The notes: generated by a model from the sequence alone, not told the origin. DNA of 41,429 nucleotides from Candidatus Caldarchaeum sp. (GCA_038844785.1 JAWBRA010000015.1:1-41429), one strand, 5' to 3'. Counted from the first letter of the stretch, positions 27,432 to 36,881 are shown. A program made the numbers and translations.

Positions 27432-29309
27432 TTACTCACCCACCCTCTTCAGCGACACAACTCTACCGGGGTATCGGGTTATAAGGTTGTGTATGTTCTT
27501 TTCATGCCCTTTTTCGAAGACTGATTTATCAGCCCTTCTCTGGATAAAAGCAGCCAGGTCGAAAAAACCTTCGTCAAGCATCTTGGAAACAGTCTCCTCA
27601 AACTCACCAACCTCCACGACGCATTTCGCATTATACCCGTCGTGCTTAAGCCTCTTGCAGATGGATGTCATGTCCTCAAACACCTGCTTTTGCATCTGTC
27701 TGGGGTCGTCAGCCAGGTTTAACGGTTTTTCGATGATGCTAACAAGGGTTAGGTCAAACCTTTTGTCAAAGGCGTGTAGTATCGATTTGTATGCTGTTTG
27801 CGGGTTTTCGTAGGGTCTGATAAGAATACCAACCTTAATCCTGTAGGAAAGAGGTTCGATAAGCTTAGCTTCCTCCCTGCTCAGAAACGGCGCCCTTATG
27901 TACCGTCTGTATGAAACATAGAACAACATTCCAGCCAACATCCAAAGCAAGCCAACAGCTCTACCGCCTGCATGGAACAGCAACATCAACGCGAAAACAA
28001 TCGTTAACCCCACGGTTCCGGCGACGCCCAGCAGAGGCACATCATGTCCTGCTATCCTGAGGTTAAACGGCTGTCTCCACGGAGTGAACACTTCTCTATC
28101 GATCTGCCTTAGTTTTAAGAACGTCGGTGCCAGGACAACGTAGCTTAACACAGCGGAAAAAGCGTAAACGCTTGCCAGCAACGGCACGTCTCCGAGGAAA
28201 GAAAGGACCACTCCCACAGCTCCGAACAAGACAATGGTCCTCGCAGGCGTCCTGAAACGTGGGTGGATGACCCGCAGCCATCCGGGGAGAAGCCTAAACC
28301 TAGCCATGCTAGCCGTCAGCCGCGACACTCCCACGAGGCCTGTGTTCGAGCTGGAGTAGCAGAGGATGAAAGCCGCCAGCCCCACCAACGGTGTTAAATA
28401 TTCTCCAACCGTCGGAAAAACTCTCACAAGCGCGTAGACTGGGCTATCGTATGCTGCTGCCACCTCTTCCCAGCCCATAGAGCCTTCCGCCAGAACGGGG
28501 AAAAGCACGGCAGAAACAGCGACTACGAGCACGACCATCTTAGCAGCCCTGGGAATAGAGAAATGGGGTCTACGTGTCTCCTCAGCGGCTTGGGCTATCG
28601 ACTCGATTCCAACGAAAGAAGCCATCGCCAAAGTAACAGAGTATAGAAAGTTGTTTACGTTTGTAGGCAGGGCGGGTATGTAAGATACGTCCTTGTGCGT
28701 GAAGTCGCTGCCCACCAAAAACACTTGTTTGATGAATAACAACCAATCGAATTTAAGCAGGAAGCCTGCGCCGAGAATGAGAACCTCTATAAAAAGACCC
28801 AAGAACACGAGGGATGAAACAACCATTGCAGAATATTTTATGCCGATGATGTTCAAAGCTACCAGGAGCAGCGCTAAAAAACCCGCCAACAGGCCCAACG
28901 AGGGTATTACCACTCCGTTAAACCCCAGCTCTGGGAAAACGAGAAACGGGACAAGCTGGCGGAGATATCCGGCTGCAGCTACGGCGAAAAGGGATATACA
29001 AAGGATGTAGGCCAGCAGCATCGCCCAACCTGCCAAAAACCCCACCAGGCTGTTGAAAGCCTTCATCGAATAGACATGAACGCCGCCCGCATAGGGATAG
29101 GTGGGAGCCAGCTCGGCGTAGATAAGCCCAACTATTGTGTACAGCAGTGCGGCGATAACGAAGGAGATTGGAGCCGCACCCCCCGCGAACATCGTTATAA
29201 CACCTAAAGATATGAATATGTTTGGGCCTACGTCTCCATAGCCTAGGGAGAAGGAGCCGAACCATCCCACCTCCCGCCTATAACCCGCCTCCTGTTTTGG
29301 ACGGCTCAA
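27432..29309 (-). CDS. APC family amino-acid/cation permease with a soluble C-terminal (USP-like) domain
   Basis: About 12 hydrophobic segments; YAEL...YP.AGG, GIESIAQAAEE and HPRFRTP motifs. Confidence 0.87.
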   Translation of the reverse strand: MSRPKQEAGYRREVGWFGSFSLGYGDVGPNIFISLGVITMFAGGAAPISFVIAALLYTIVGLIYAELAPTYPYAGGVHVYSMKAFNSLVGFLAGWAMLLAYILCISLFAVAAAGYLRQLVPFLVFPELGFNGVVIPSLGLLAGFLALLLVALNIIGIKYSAMVVSSLVFLGLFIEVLILGAGFLLKFDWLLFIKQVFLVGSDFTHKDVSYIPALPTNVNNFLYSVTLAMASFVGIESIAQAAEETRRPHFSIPRAAKMVVLVVAVSAVLFPVLAEGSMGWEEVAAAYDSPVYALVRVFPTVGEYLTPLVGLAAFILCYSSSNTGLVGVSRLTASMARFRLLPGWLRVIHPRFRTPARTIVLFGAVGVVLSFLGDVPLLASVYAFSAVLSYVVLAPTFLKLRQIDREVFTPWRQPFNLRIAGHDVPLLGVAGTVGLTIVFALMLLFHAGGRAVGLLWMLAGMLFYVSYRRYIRAPFLSREEAKLIEPLSYRIKVGILIRPYENPQTAYKSILHAFDKRFDLTLVSIIEKPLNLADDPRQMQKQVFEDMTSICKRLKHDGYNAKCVVEVGEFEETVSKMLDEGFFDLAAFIQRRADKSVFEKGHEKNIHNLITRYPGRVVSLKRVGE

Positions 29310-29333
29310 CCCAATCCACTCGGTTCAAGCCCA

Positions 29334-29879
29334 TCAAGAGCGCCGCGTAAATATAAAGCAGTAAAGCGACTCGAAGAAAAGCCTTAATTCAACCTTTTTC
29401 GCCAAGCTGAAACCAATCCGGGAAGCATGGTCTAACAGCCTTCTGAGGTCCGACAGGCTTGAGGCAACCATCACCACTCTACCTTCATCCTTAATGGTTT
29501 TCACGGAACCGGTGAGTACTTGGATTGCCGTCTCAACGCCTGAGGGGCCCCCGTGTATGGAGGGGTCGTAAAACTCGCTGTCGCAGGGAAGGTAGGGCGG
29601 GTTTGCGACCACCAAGTCGAGAGAACCTGGGCGGAAGGGCAGGCTGCTGGCGTTTACAAGATGGATTAGACCGTAATGGTTTCGAAGTCTTTCCCTAGCT
29701 GCGGAGACAGCTTCTGCGTCTATGTCGGTGCCAACAACTTCAAGTCCCAGCTCAGCCAAGACCAGAAGGATGTAGCCGGTGGAGCATCCCACCTCAGCCG
29801 CCAAACCCCTTACATCAATTGATCTTATTACGTCTTCAAGCAGGAAGGTGTCTTCTGAGGGCTTGTAAGGTTCCTTCAT
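29334..29879 (-). CDS. HemK2/PrmC-like SAM-dependent methyltransferase
   Basis: Y.PSEDTFLL, EVGCSTG and NPPY motifs; ATG overlaps the asnS stop (ATGA). Confidence 0.88.
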   Translation of the reverse strand: MKEPYKPSEDTFLLEDVIRSIDVRGLAAEVGCSTGYILLVLAELGLEVVGTDIDAEAVSAARERLRNHYGLIHLVNASSLPFRPGSLDLVVANPPYLPCDSEFYDPSIHGGPSGVETAIQVLTGSVKTIKDEGRVVMVASSLSDLRRLLDHASRIGFSLAKKVELRLFFESLYCFIFTRRS

Positions 29880-31165
29880 GGATAGATTCGTGTTGGGGTC
29901 CTTGGAAACATAGCCGCCGACCTTATGTTCTTGAGCCCTAGAAGCCACTGAACCAGCCTTTCAACCCCTAGGCCGAAACCGCAGTGGGGAACGGTTCCAA
30001 ACTTCCTTAAGTCAAGATACCATTTATAATCTTCCGGGTTCAGCCCCTCCTCCTTTATACGGTTGAGCAGCTCGTTGTAGTCGTGGATTCTCTGACCACC
30101 TCCAACTATCTCGCCGTATCCAGACGGGGCCAGCAGGTCGGCTGAGAGGGTCAAAGCTGGGTTGGAGGGGTCTGGCTTATGGTAGAATGCCTTGGCCTGC
30201 CTTGGGAAATGGGTGAGGAAGAAAGGCTTTTCAAACTCCATGGTCAAAACCCTTTCTTCGTCGGCTCCCAAGTCACTACCCCACGGCACAGACACCCCCT
30301 TTCTCTCCAGGATGTCTAGGGCTTCCGAGTAACGTATCCTCGGGTATGGATGCTCAAGCGTCGAAAGGTCTATTTTACGGTCTAGGACCCTCATCTCGCC
30401 TGCCGAAATCCGGACAGCCTCTGTCGAAGCCTCGCCCACCAACCTCTCCACCACCTTCATCAACTCCTCGAGCCCGGCGTGAGCCATTTCAGCCTCTACG
30501 TGCCAAAACTCAGTCAAATGCCTACGGGTCTTGCTCCTCTCAGCCCTGAAGCTGGGCTGTACGCTGTAAACTTTCTCCAACGCATAGATGGCGGCCTCTT
30601 GGTAGAACTGTACGCTCTGGGTCAGGTAGACTTTTTTCCCGAAGTAGTCTACTTGGAAGAGCGTGGCCCCGCCTTCGACGGCCGCGGTTATGAAAGTGGG
30701 GCAGTGAACCTCAACAAACCCCTCTTTCTCAAGCCACTCCCTCAAGCATTTCACAAGCTTCGCCCTAAACCTCAGGATGGCGGCTGCCTTTGGGCTTCTT
30801 ATCGCCAGATGTCTGTTAAGGCTTAGGAACTTCGGTCCAACTCCTTTTTTGACGGGGAACTCTTCGACAGAGGGTGAAATAACTTCTATGTCTGTCCCGC
30901 TTACCTCTACGCCTCCGGGAGCCCTTTCATCATGCCTTACAAGACCAACAACCTTGAGAGCCGATTCTCTGCCCGCGGACGCGGCCTTTACAAACCCCTG
31001 CTCGGAAAGGCTAGACGCCCTGACTGTAACCTGTACAACCCCCGTCGAGTCCCTTAAATCGAGGAACAGTAGCTTTCCATGCAGCCTTTTAGACCTCAGC
31101 CAGCCTAACAGCTCAACCTGGGTGCCGTCCGGCAGGCCTCCGAGCTCTGCGACGTGAACCCTCAA
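29876..31165 (-). CDS. asnS: Asparaginyl-tRNA synthetase
   Basis: OB-fold N-terminus, EGGATLF, YLTQS.QFY.E, FRAERSKTRRHLTEFWHVEAE, WYLDLRKFG.VPH.GFGLGVER. Confidence 0.9.
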   Translation of the reverse strand: MRVHVAELGGLPDGTQVELLGWLRSKRLHGKLLFLDLRDSTGVVQVTVRASSLSEQGFVKAASAGRESALKVVGLVRHDERAPGGVEVSGTDIEVISPSVEEFPVKKGVGPKFLSLNRHLAIRSPKAAAILRFRAKLVKCLREWLEKEGFVEVHCPTFITAAVEGGATLFQVDYFGKKVYLTQSVQFYQEAAIYALEKVYSVQPSFRAERSKTRRHLTEFWHVEAEMAHAGLEELMKVVERLVGEASTEAVRISAGEMRVLDRKIDLSTLEHPYPRIRYSEALDILERKGVSVPWGSDLGADEERVLTMEFEKPFFLTHFPRQAKAFYHKPDPSNPALTLSADLLAPSGYGEIVGGGQRIHDYNELLNRIKEEGLNPEDYKWYLDLRKFGTVPHCGFGLGVERLVQWLLGLKNIRSAAMFPRTPTRIYP

Positions 31166-31199
31166 CTCACGTATCCGTCATTAGACCCATATATAGAGG

Positions 31200-31523
31200 C
31201 TACATTATGGGGGTTCCGGCTTTAACTTCTTTTTCAGGTATTACCGGAACCACATTGTCCTCGTCCTCGACTGCTGTCAAAAGCATGGCTTCAGATAACT
31301 CGCCTCTTACCTTTTTTGCCTCGAGGTTTGTAACAAAGACGAAAGACCTTCCTACGAAATGCTCCGGTGGGTAGAGATGGGCTAGACCTGTTATGACCTG
31401 TTTGCTAACATCTCCGAACCCCACCTGCAGCCTTAGAAGCCTTTCCGAGCCTTTGACTCTCTCAGCCTTCAGGACTTTGCCAACCCTCAGCTCAACCCGT
31501 TTAAACTCGGACAACGTTATCAT
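31200..31523 (-). CDS. tRNA-binding OB-fold protein (Trbp111/CsaA/MetRS C-terminal-like)
   Basis: F..VELRVGKV..AE, LL.LQV.FG...KQVITG and NLEAKKVRG..SEAM motifs. Confidence 0.88.
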   Translation of the reverse strand: MITLSEFKRVELRVGKVLKAERVKGSERLLRLQVGFGDVSKQVITGLAHLYPPEHFVGRSFVFVTNLEAKKVRGELSEAMLLTAVEDEDNVVPVIPEKEVKAGTPIM

Positions 31524-31630
31524 GGCCGAAAGACTTGGAAAGCTCCTAAAAATAGTTATGCACAAGGATTTTCCATAATTTTTTCAGAAAATTTTTTATC
31601 CACCCAATAGCTACTATTTTCGAGGAACAG

Positions 31631-31741
31631 ATGGCGAAGAAGAAGGCCGCTAAGAAGAAGGCGGCGAAAAAGGCTAAAAAAGCCAAAAAACCCGCCGCAC
31701 CACCGGCGCCGGCTGAGGCTGGGGCTCAGCCATCAGCTTAA
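31631..31741 (+). CDS. 36-aa Lys/Ala/Pro-rich histone H1-like microprotein
   Basis: MAKKKAAKKKAAKKAKKAKKPAAPPAPAEAGAQPSA*; T-rich TATA-like element at ~31592-31599 and GAGGA upstream; mixed synonymous codons; fills an intergenic gap. Confidence 0.75.
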   Translation: MAKKKAAKKKAAKKAKKAKKPAAPPAPAEAGAQPSA

Positions 31742-31764
31742 GTCTCCAAAAACCCCTCTATATT

Positions 31765-32334
31765 TTATTCTTCTTCAACCCATTCCCAGAAACGGCGTTT
31801 TCTCGGCTGGACAGGCACGGGCTTGGCTGTGATAGATTCCACGAGCGATGCGGATAAAAGTGAGAATGATATCGGCAGGATGTATATGAAGGCAAAGTCG
31901 AGCGGGCCATCTAACAGGATGGCTTGTGCCACCTTTGAAAGAAAAACCTCCCAGCTGACTGCTCCGGGAAGCCTAGGATGAACATATATGGACAGCCCCA
32001 GAACAAGCAGGTAGACGATGGCGGGGGTGAGCAACGCAGGAGGTAGAGCGCTTTTGGCTTTGCGCGACAGCAAGCCTATGACCGCTCCCCCTAAACACCA
32101 AGCTACGAGGGGTCCCAGCCCAAGTCTTAAGCCCTCCCCCCATGGAGCAACTATAGTCTGTCCCCCGAGAGCCGAGGAAAGAGGCGTTAGGAGTGTGGAG
32201 AGAGAAGAAAGTATTACGGCTAGAACCGATACTTGAAGGGTGGCCGGTGGAAGACTGCTATGTAAAGGGGTGGTCATCAACAGCCCTGCGAGGATGAGGG
32301 AGGAGATTCCGGCTAGGCACGCCAGGACTTTCAT
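31765..32334 (-). CDS. Hypothetical membrane protein
   Basis: About 5 hydrophobic segments; no recognised motif. Confidence 0.65.
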   Translation of the reverse strand: MKVLACLAGISSLILAGLLMTTPLHSSLPPATLQVSVLAVILSSLSTLLTPLSSALGGQTIVAPWGEGLRLGLGPLVAWCLGGAVIGLLSRKAKSALPPALLTPAIVYLLVLGLSIYVHPRLPGAVSWEVFLSKVAQAILLDGPLDFAFIYILPISFSLLSASLVESITAKPVPVQPRKRRFWEWVEEE

Positions 32335-32421
32335 AGTTTTCCGGCAGAATCCTTTGTCTAAAAAGGTTTGCAGGCTTGGGACGGGGCAGATTTCAAGGAT
32401 AGTGTTCAGGATGTTAGCTTG

Positions 32422-33990
32422 TTAATACTTTCGACGTCTTAAGAAAGCCTCCTCCACCTTTGAAAGCGTGTCAGCCTCGCTGGGTTCTTTGTCGTCTCTT
32501 ATGCGTTTTACGCGGGCAAACCTAAGGGCGTATCCGCTGCTGTAGTGGGGGCTTTTCTGAACCTCGTTGTACTCTACTTCGAGGACTATCTTAGGCTCGA
32601 CGACGACACCCCACTCCGTCTCCTCAGTCTTTATTTTCAACAGCATGTCGGTCATTTTCCTGAACTCGTCGTCGGTAAGCCCTTTAAACGTCTTTCCGAC
32701 AGGTACGAGCTCGCCTGTCCGCTCATCCTTCACAGCCAGGAGGTAGTTGCTGAGCCACTCGCTACGTCTTCCGTGACCCCATTCTGCAGCTATCACGACG
32801 ACGTCTAGGGTGTCGGCTTCCTTGAGCTTTAGCCAATGACGGCCTCTTCTTCCAGGCAGGTATCGGCTGTTGGGCGATTTGGCCATCAAACCTTCAAAAC
32901 CTTCCGAAACCCATCTCCTAAAACAGTCCTCAACCTCCTCCGGCGTGTTTACTTCCACGACAGGGTTTAAAAGGTGCTCGGGCAGACAGCGGTTTAAGGC
33001 TTCACGCCTTTCCCGCAGCGTTTTGCCATAGAGAACCTGTCCTTCGGCATAAAGGATGTCGAAAAACTTGGCTTGAAGCCTGAGCTCAGCTAAAGCGGCT
33101 TCCACATTCTTTTCTCTCCCAACCCTTGTCATAGTGGTCTGGAAGGGGAGGGGTTTGCCGTTTTCGTTGACGCAGTAGGCTTCCCCGTCCAATACGGCTT
33201 CCTCGAAAGCCATCTCGGCCGACAACGTTTCCACCAAGTCAGGCAGAGAGCTGGTCAAATCCTTCAAACCTCTTGAGTAGATTTTTATGGTTCCGCCTTG
33301 CTTGTGAACCTGAACTCTTACCCCGTCTATTTTGGGCTCGCAAAGCACGGGCGTTCCCAAGTCTTTGATGACGCCCTCAGGGCTGTAGGACTGGCCTGCC
33401 AGCATGGGCTTTACAGGCTTGAAGATCGTTATACCTACTGATTCAAGCCCCGTGGTCAAGCAGGCTTTGGTCAGCTCGCCCAAGTCGCCCAAAAACATGT
33501 CAGCCATCTTGACCTCGTCTAAAGGCTTTCCAGCAAGCTTTGCATAGGCTTCCAGCAGCAGCCCTACGCTAAGCCCATGACGTGTCTCGCCTGAAACCAT
33601 GCGTATAAGCCATTTCCTCTCCAGCTCGTCGGCCCTGGAAAACAATCCAGCCAAAAGGTTTATCCGCGTTTTCTGCGACCCTGCTCCCGAGAGCTTCCCC
33701 AATCTTCGTAATGTTTCGTACACATCGGAGATTGTCAGCTTCTCCGAGGCCGATAGAGAACCTTGCCTGCCTCTTAAGGCTTTATAGAGGGTTGACGGCC
33801 CTATATTAAGACCTTGCCTTCTCACCCCCGATGAGAAACCGACAAGGAGGTATGCTGCTGCAGCGGCCTCAGTGCTGGAGTGTTTGAACCGTCGGAAGAA
33901 CTCGGCCGTCAGCTGGACTTTATCGTTCTTTCCAGGGGTTTTCTCCAGTTTTTCACAAAGCTGGACAAGGCTGGCGAAGGTTTCGGGCAT
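32422..33990 (-). CDS. lig: ATP-dependent DNA ligase (LigB-like)
   Basis: KPMLA, motif I EPKIDG, LDGE, FDIL, EGLMAK, WLKLK and LRFAR. Confidence 0.93.
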   Translation of the reverse strand: MPETFASLVQLCEKLEKTPGKNDKVQLTAEFFRRFKHSSTEAAAAAYLLVGFSSGVRRQGLNIGPSTLYKALRGRQGSLSASEKLTISDVYETLRRLGKLSGAGSQKTRINLLAGLFSRADELERKWLIRMVSGETRHGLSVGLLLEAYAKLAGKPLDEVKMADMFLGDLGELTKACLTTGLESVGITIFKPVKPMLAGQSYSPEGVIKDLGTPVLCEPKIDGVRVQVHKQGGTIKIYSRGLKDLTSSLPDLVETLSAEMAFEEAVLDGEAYCVNENGKPLPFQTTMTRVGREKNVEAALAELRLQAKFFDILYAEGQVLYGKTLRERREALNRCLPEHLLNPVVEVNTPEEVEDCFRRWVSEGFEGLMAKSPNSRYLPGRRGRHWLKLKEADTLDVVVIAAEWGHGRRSEWLSNYLLAVKDERTGELVPVGKTFKGLTDDEFRKMTDMLLKIKTEETEWGVVVEPKIVLEVEYNEVQKSPHYSSGYALRFARVKRIRDDKEPSEADTLSKVEEAFLRRRKY

Positions 33991-33991
33991 G

Positions 33992-34426
33992 TTATTCTAT
34001 GGCAACCCTGACGCCTTTAGGCGAGGCGAGGGGCGCCCTTATCACCAGCAGACCCGCTTCGTACTTGGCTTCAACTTTTGATGTGTCTATAGGACGCGGC
34101 AGCTGGACGGTCCTTCTGAAACCCCTACCGTACCTAAACGGGTAAAGCCTCAACAACTCGGGGTGTGGAGGTGTCATGTACTCGCCCGTCACCGTAATGC
34201 TTGACTCGTCTGCGTTTACCTCTATCTTCTGCTTGTCGCATCCCGGCATCTCTAAAAGAACGTAAACATATCCTCCATGAGTTAGCAGGTCTGTTCTTGG
34301 CCTTCTGTAGTCTCCGGTTAGAGGCTCAAAAACCGCCGAAGAATATTCCAGGGCCTCCCTCACTCTCTCCTCTATCTCACGGCCTAGCCTGTTGAAAAAC
34401 TCGTCCCACCTAGGCCAGTCGCTCAT
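33992..34426 (-). CDS. Small heat-shock protein (Hsp20/alpha-crystallin)
   Basis: P.TD......V..EMPG, F.R.VQLP, A.YEAGLL.I and C-terminal VxI motif. Confidence 0.9.
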   Translation of the reverse strand: MSDWPRWDEFFNRLGREIEERVREALEYSSAVFEPLTGDYRRPRTDLLTHGGYVYVLLEMPGCDKQKIEVNADESSITVTGEYMTPPHPELLRLYPFRYGRGFRRTVQLPRPIDTSKVEAKYEAGLLVIRAPLASPKGVRVAIE

Positions 34427-34473
34427 GTATAGCTAACTGCTTCAGGAAGATATAAAAATGAACTGGAGCTGAT

Positions 34474-35241
34474 TTGTTGGAATTGACCCGTTGCCTGGTC
34501 TGCGGCGTTGATGAGCTTCTCCCATTCAGATGCAGGTATTGTGGGGGAGATTACTGCACTGAGCACAGGCTTCCTGAGAAACATGGATGCGGCGGCGTTA
34601 TGTTCGCGAGGAACCCGGCTGAGATAAGGGTTAAGGAAACTAGGTTTTATGGTATGCAGCCTGAGGTTGGCCGGGGTCGTTGGGGGTGGATGTCAGCCGA
34701 GCCTATACACCTGACTGTTGCAACAGCTGCTGTGTGTTTGGCTGGGTTGGGGTTTATGGGATGGCCTGTCAGCCAGGGCATCATGTACTGGTTAGTGTTG
34801 GTTGGTTTTGCGGCATCCTTCGTCGGCCACGAGCTAGCCCACAAGCTGACAGCTGTCAGGAAAGGACTTTTGGCTAGGTTCAGCTTATTCCCCGCAGGAC
34901 TTCTAGCCACTGTTTTAACCGCTGTCCTACCCATACCGTTTAAGGTGATAATGCCAGGCGCCGTCTCAATCTACGGACGGCAGACGGTCAGAGACTATGG
35001 CGAGATAGCTTTGGCAGGCCCCCTTTTCAACCTCGCCCTTGCCTTTACGTTGGCCTTAGCGGGGAGGACTACGTTTTTCTGGGTTTTGAACGCAGTCGCA
35101 TCGGTCAACGCTTTCCTAGCCTTCTTCAACCTTCTGCCCATACCGCCGTTAGACGGTGAAAAAATATTTTCATGGAGAAGAACTGTATGGGCGCTTGTTT
35201 TCGCCGCATCGCTCGCTATGCTAATCGTGATAAGGCTTTAA
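34474..35241 (+). CDS. M50 (site-2) intramembrane metalloprotease with an N-terminal AN1-type zinc finger
   Basis: C..C.....LPFRCRYCGGDYCTEHRLPEKHGC (AN1); HELAH, AGP and NLLPIPPLDG (M50). Confidence 0.9.
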   Translation: MLELTRCLVCGVDELLPFRCRYCGGDYCTEHRLPEKHGCGGVMFARNPAEIRVKETRFYGMQPEVGRGRWGWMSAEPIHLTVATAAVCLAGLGFMGWPVSQGIMYWLVLVGFAASFVGHELAHKLTAVRKGLLARFSLFPAGLLATVLTAVLPIPFKVIMPGAVSIYGRQTVRDYGEIALAGPLFNLALAFTLALAGRTTFFWVLNAVASVNAFLAFFNLLPIPPLDGEKIFSWRRTVWALVFAASLAMLIVIRL

Positions 35242-35252
35242 AAACCGGGCGT

Positions 35253-35612
35253 TTAATGGGTTAGAAGGCTTATGGTCAACACTGTTGAAACAAAAGCCGT
35301 TATGAGAAGATACTTGATGTCATGTTTTACGGCGAAGTAGACGAGCGAGGTCACCACTCTCGCATAGGGTGTGAGCATTAGAAGAGACAGCCCTATGGCC
35401 ATCAACCCTTTTGCACCCAGCCCATTCTCTGGCAGGTTTTTCAAATAATCTAGGAAGCTGGGAGCGCTCACCCTATACTGCTCGCTTAAAACTATCGTAG
35501 AGCCGGCTGAAAGCTGGTAACTGGCCAACCCTGCAACCAACACAATTAGGCTGAGGACTATGCCCACCATAAGGATGCTGCTTAGCAGGGTCTCTAGCTT
35601 CGACCTGTTCAT
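35253..35612 (-). CDS. DUF1634-like membrane protein
   Basis: G...L.LTPY.RV motif; usual partner downstream of TauE. Confidence 0.75.
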   Translation of the reverse strand: MNRSKLETLLSSILMVGIVLSLIVLVAGLASYQLSAGSTIVLSEQYRVSAPSFLDYLKNLPENGLGAKGLMAIGLSLLMLTPYARVVTSLVYFAVKHDIKYLLITAFVSTVLTISLLTH

Positions 35613-36433
35613 TCCATGAACCCCTTCACAACCATCTGGGCCATGATGTACAGCACTACGGCGAGGAAGAGCAGCCGTGTAGACTTGTTGCTGAGCTTCC
35701 TCAAGACTCTTGAGCCTGCCATGGCGCCCAGAGTTGTTCCAACGGCCATAGGTGCTGCCAGAACTAGGAACAGCAGCCCGGAGTTGAAGTATACGCTCGC
35801 ACCCGCTAATGCGGTCATTCCGATAATGAAGTTGCTGGTGGCTGAGGAGACTTTGGAAGGCATTTTGAGAACGAGCTCGTGAACCGCTACTTTGAAGGCT
35901 CCAGCTCCTATGCCCAGCATGCCGGCCGCTATCCCCGCGACAAACATTCCTGCCCCACCAAGCAAAGGCCTAGTCAGCTTGTAAGATACCTCCACCCCCA
36001 GCCTGTCGTCGTAGTAAGAGCCTGACATACCAAGCCATCGCGCTACCTTGTCCTGTACAACGTTTTGAGGGAGTTCTTGGCTGAGGCGACGTAGTCCGAG
36101 GAAAGATGTCAGAAGGAAAGCGGCGAAGAAGAAGTACAGAAGCCCTGGAATTATATACAGGGTTATAGTCGCTCCGATGATAGCTCCGACTATCGTGAAA
36201 ATCTCGAGGAACATGGCTGCTTTAACGTCTGCCAAGCCACGACGGATGTATGCGGCCGAGGAACCGCTAGAAGTGGCTATAATTGACACTATCCCAGCCG
36301 CTATGGCGTTTTTGATAGGCACGCCCATCAAAGTCAGCAACGGTGTTGTTATGCTGGCTCCGCCCAACCCTGTGATAGAGCCTATAAACCCTGCGAATAA
36401 GGAGATCACGACAACCTCTATGAGGCTGACCAT
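35609..36433 (-). CDS. TauE/SafE (TSUP) family sulfur-compound exporter
   Basis: GSITGLGGA, IATSSGS, GMLGIGAG and ATSNFIIGMT motifs. Confidence 0.88.
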   Translation of the reverse strand: MVSLIEVVVISLFAGFIGSITGLGGASITTPLLTLMGVPIKNAIAAGIVSIIATSSGSSAAYIRRGLADVKAAMFLEIFTIVGAIIGATITLYIIPGLLYFFFAAFLLTSFLGLRRLSQELPQNVVQDKVARWLGMSGSYYDDRLGVEVSYKLTRPLLGGAGMFVAGIAAGMLGIGAGAFKVAVHELVLKMPSKVSSATSNFIIGMTALAGASVYFNSGLLFLVLAAPMAVGTTLGAMAGSRVLRKLSNKSTRLLFLAVVLYIMAQMVVKGFME

Positions 36434-36557
36434 GTCCAGACATGCCTTAAGACCGTATATTACTGTTTAACCAGGTGAGAGGCCAAACACAGCACAGCTG
36501 TTTTCGAAAAACCTGAGCTACCTTAAATTCTACTTCAACGAAAGGTTTACGGTAAAA

Positions 36558-36881
36558 ATGACGTCGAAACATTCTCAGAAGACCCGTTCCGAGAGGACTC
36601 GAATATATAGATACAGGGTGACCGTGTTGGAGGAGCCTCCTCAGACTCTGGATGGGTTCAAGATTTTTGGGATAGAGGTGAAGCTCGGCAAGGGAAGGCA
36701 TGTGGATTTCCCCGCAGACGCCAGGGTGCTGGATGTCGAGACCACGCAGGAGCCTCTCCCCATGGATGTTGAAGTCAACGCGAAATACCAGAAACTTGAA
36801 AACAAGACGATGATAGTTAGGAGAAGGTCTCTTCTCTTTAAGATGGAGCGTTTGGAAACCGTTATCCAGAAGCCGTTTTGA
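36558..36881 (+). CDS. Hypothetical protein
   Basis: 107-aa ORF with protein-like composition filling the gap; 3' end overlaps the aIF2a stop. Confidence 0.6.
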   Translation: MTSKHSQKTRSERTRIYRYRVTVLEEPPQTLDGFKIFGIEVKLGKGRHVDFPADARVLDVETTQEPLPMDVEVNAKYQKLENKTMIVRRRSLLFKMERLETVIQKPF

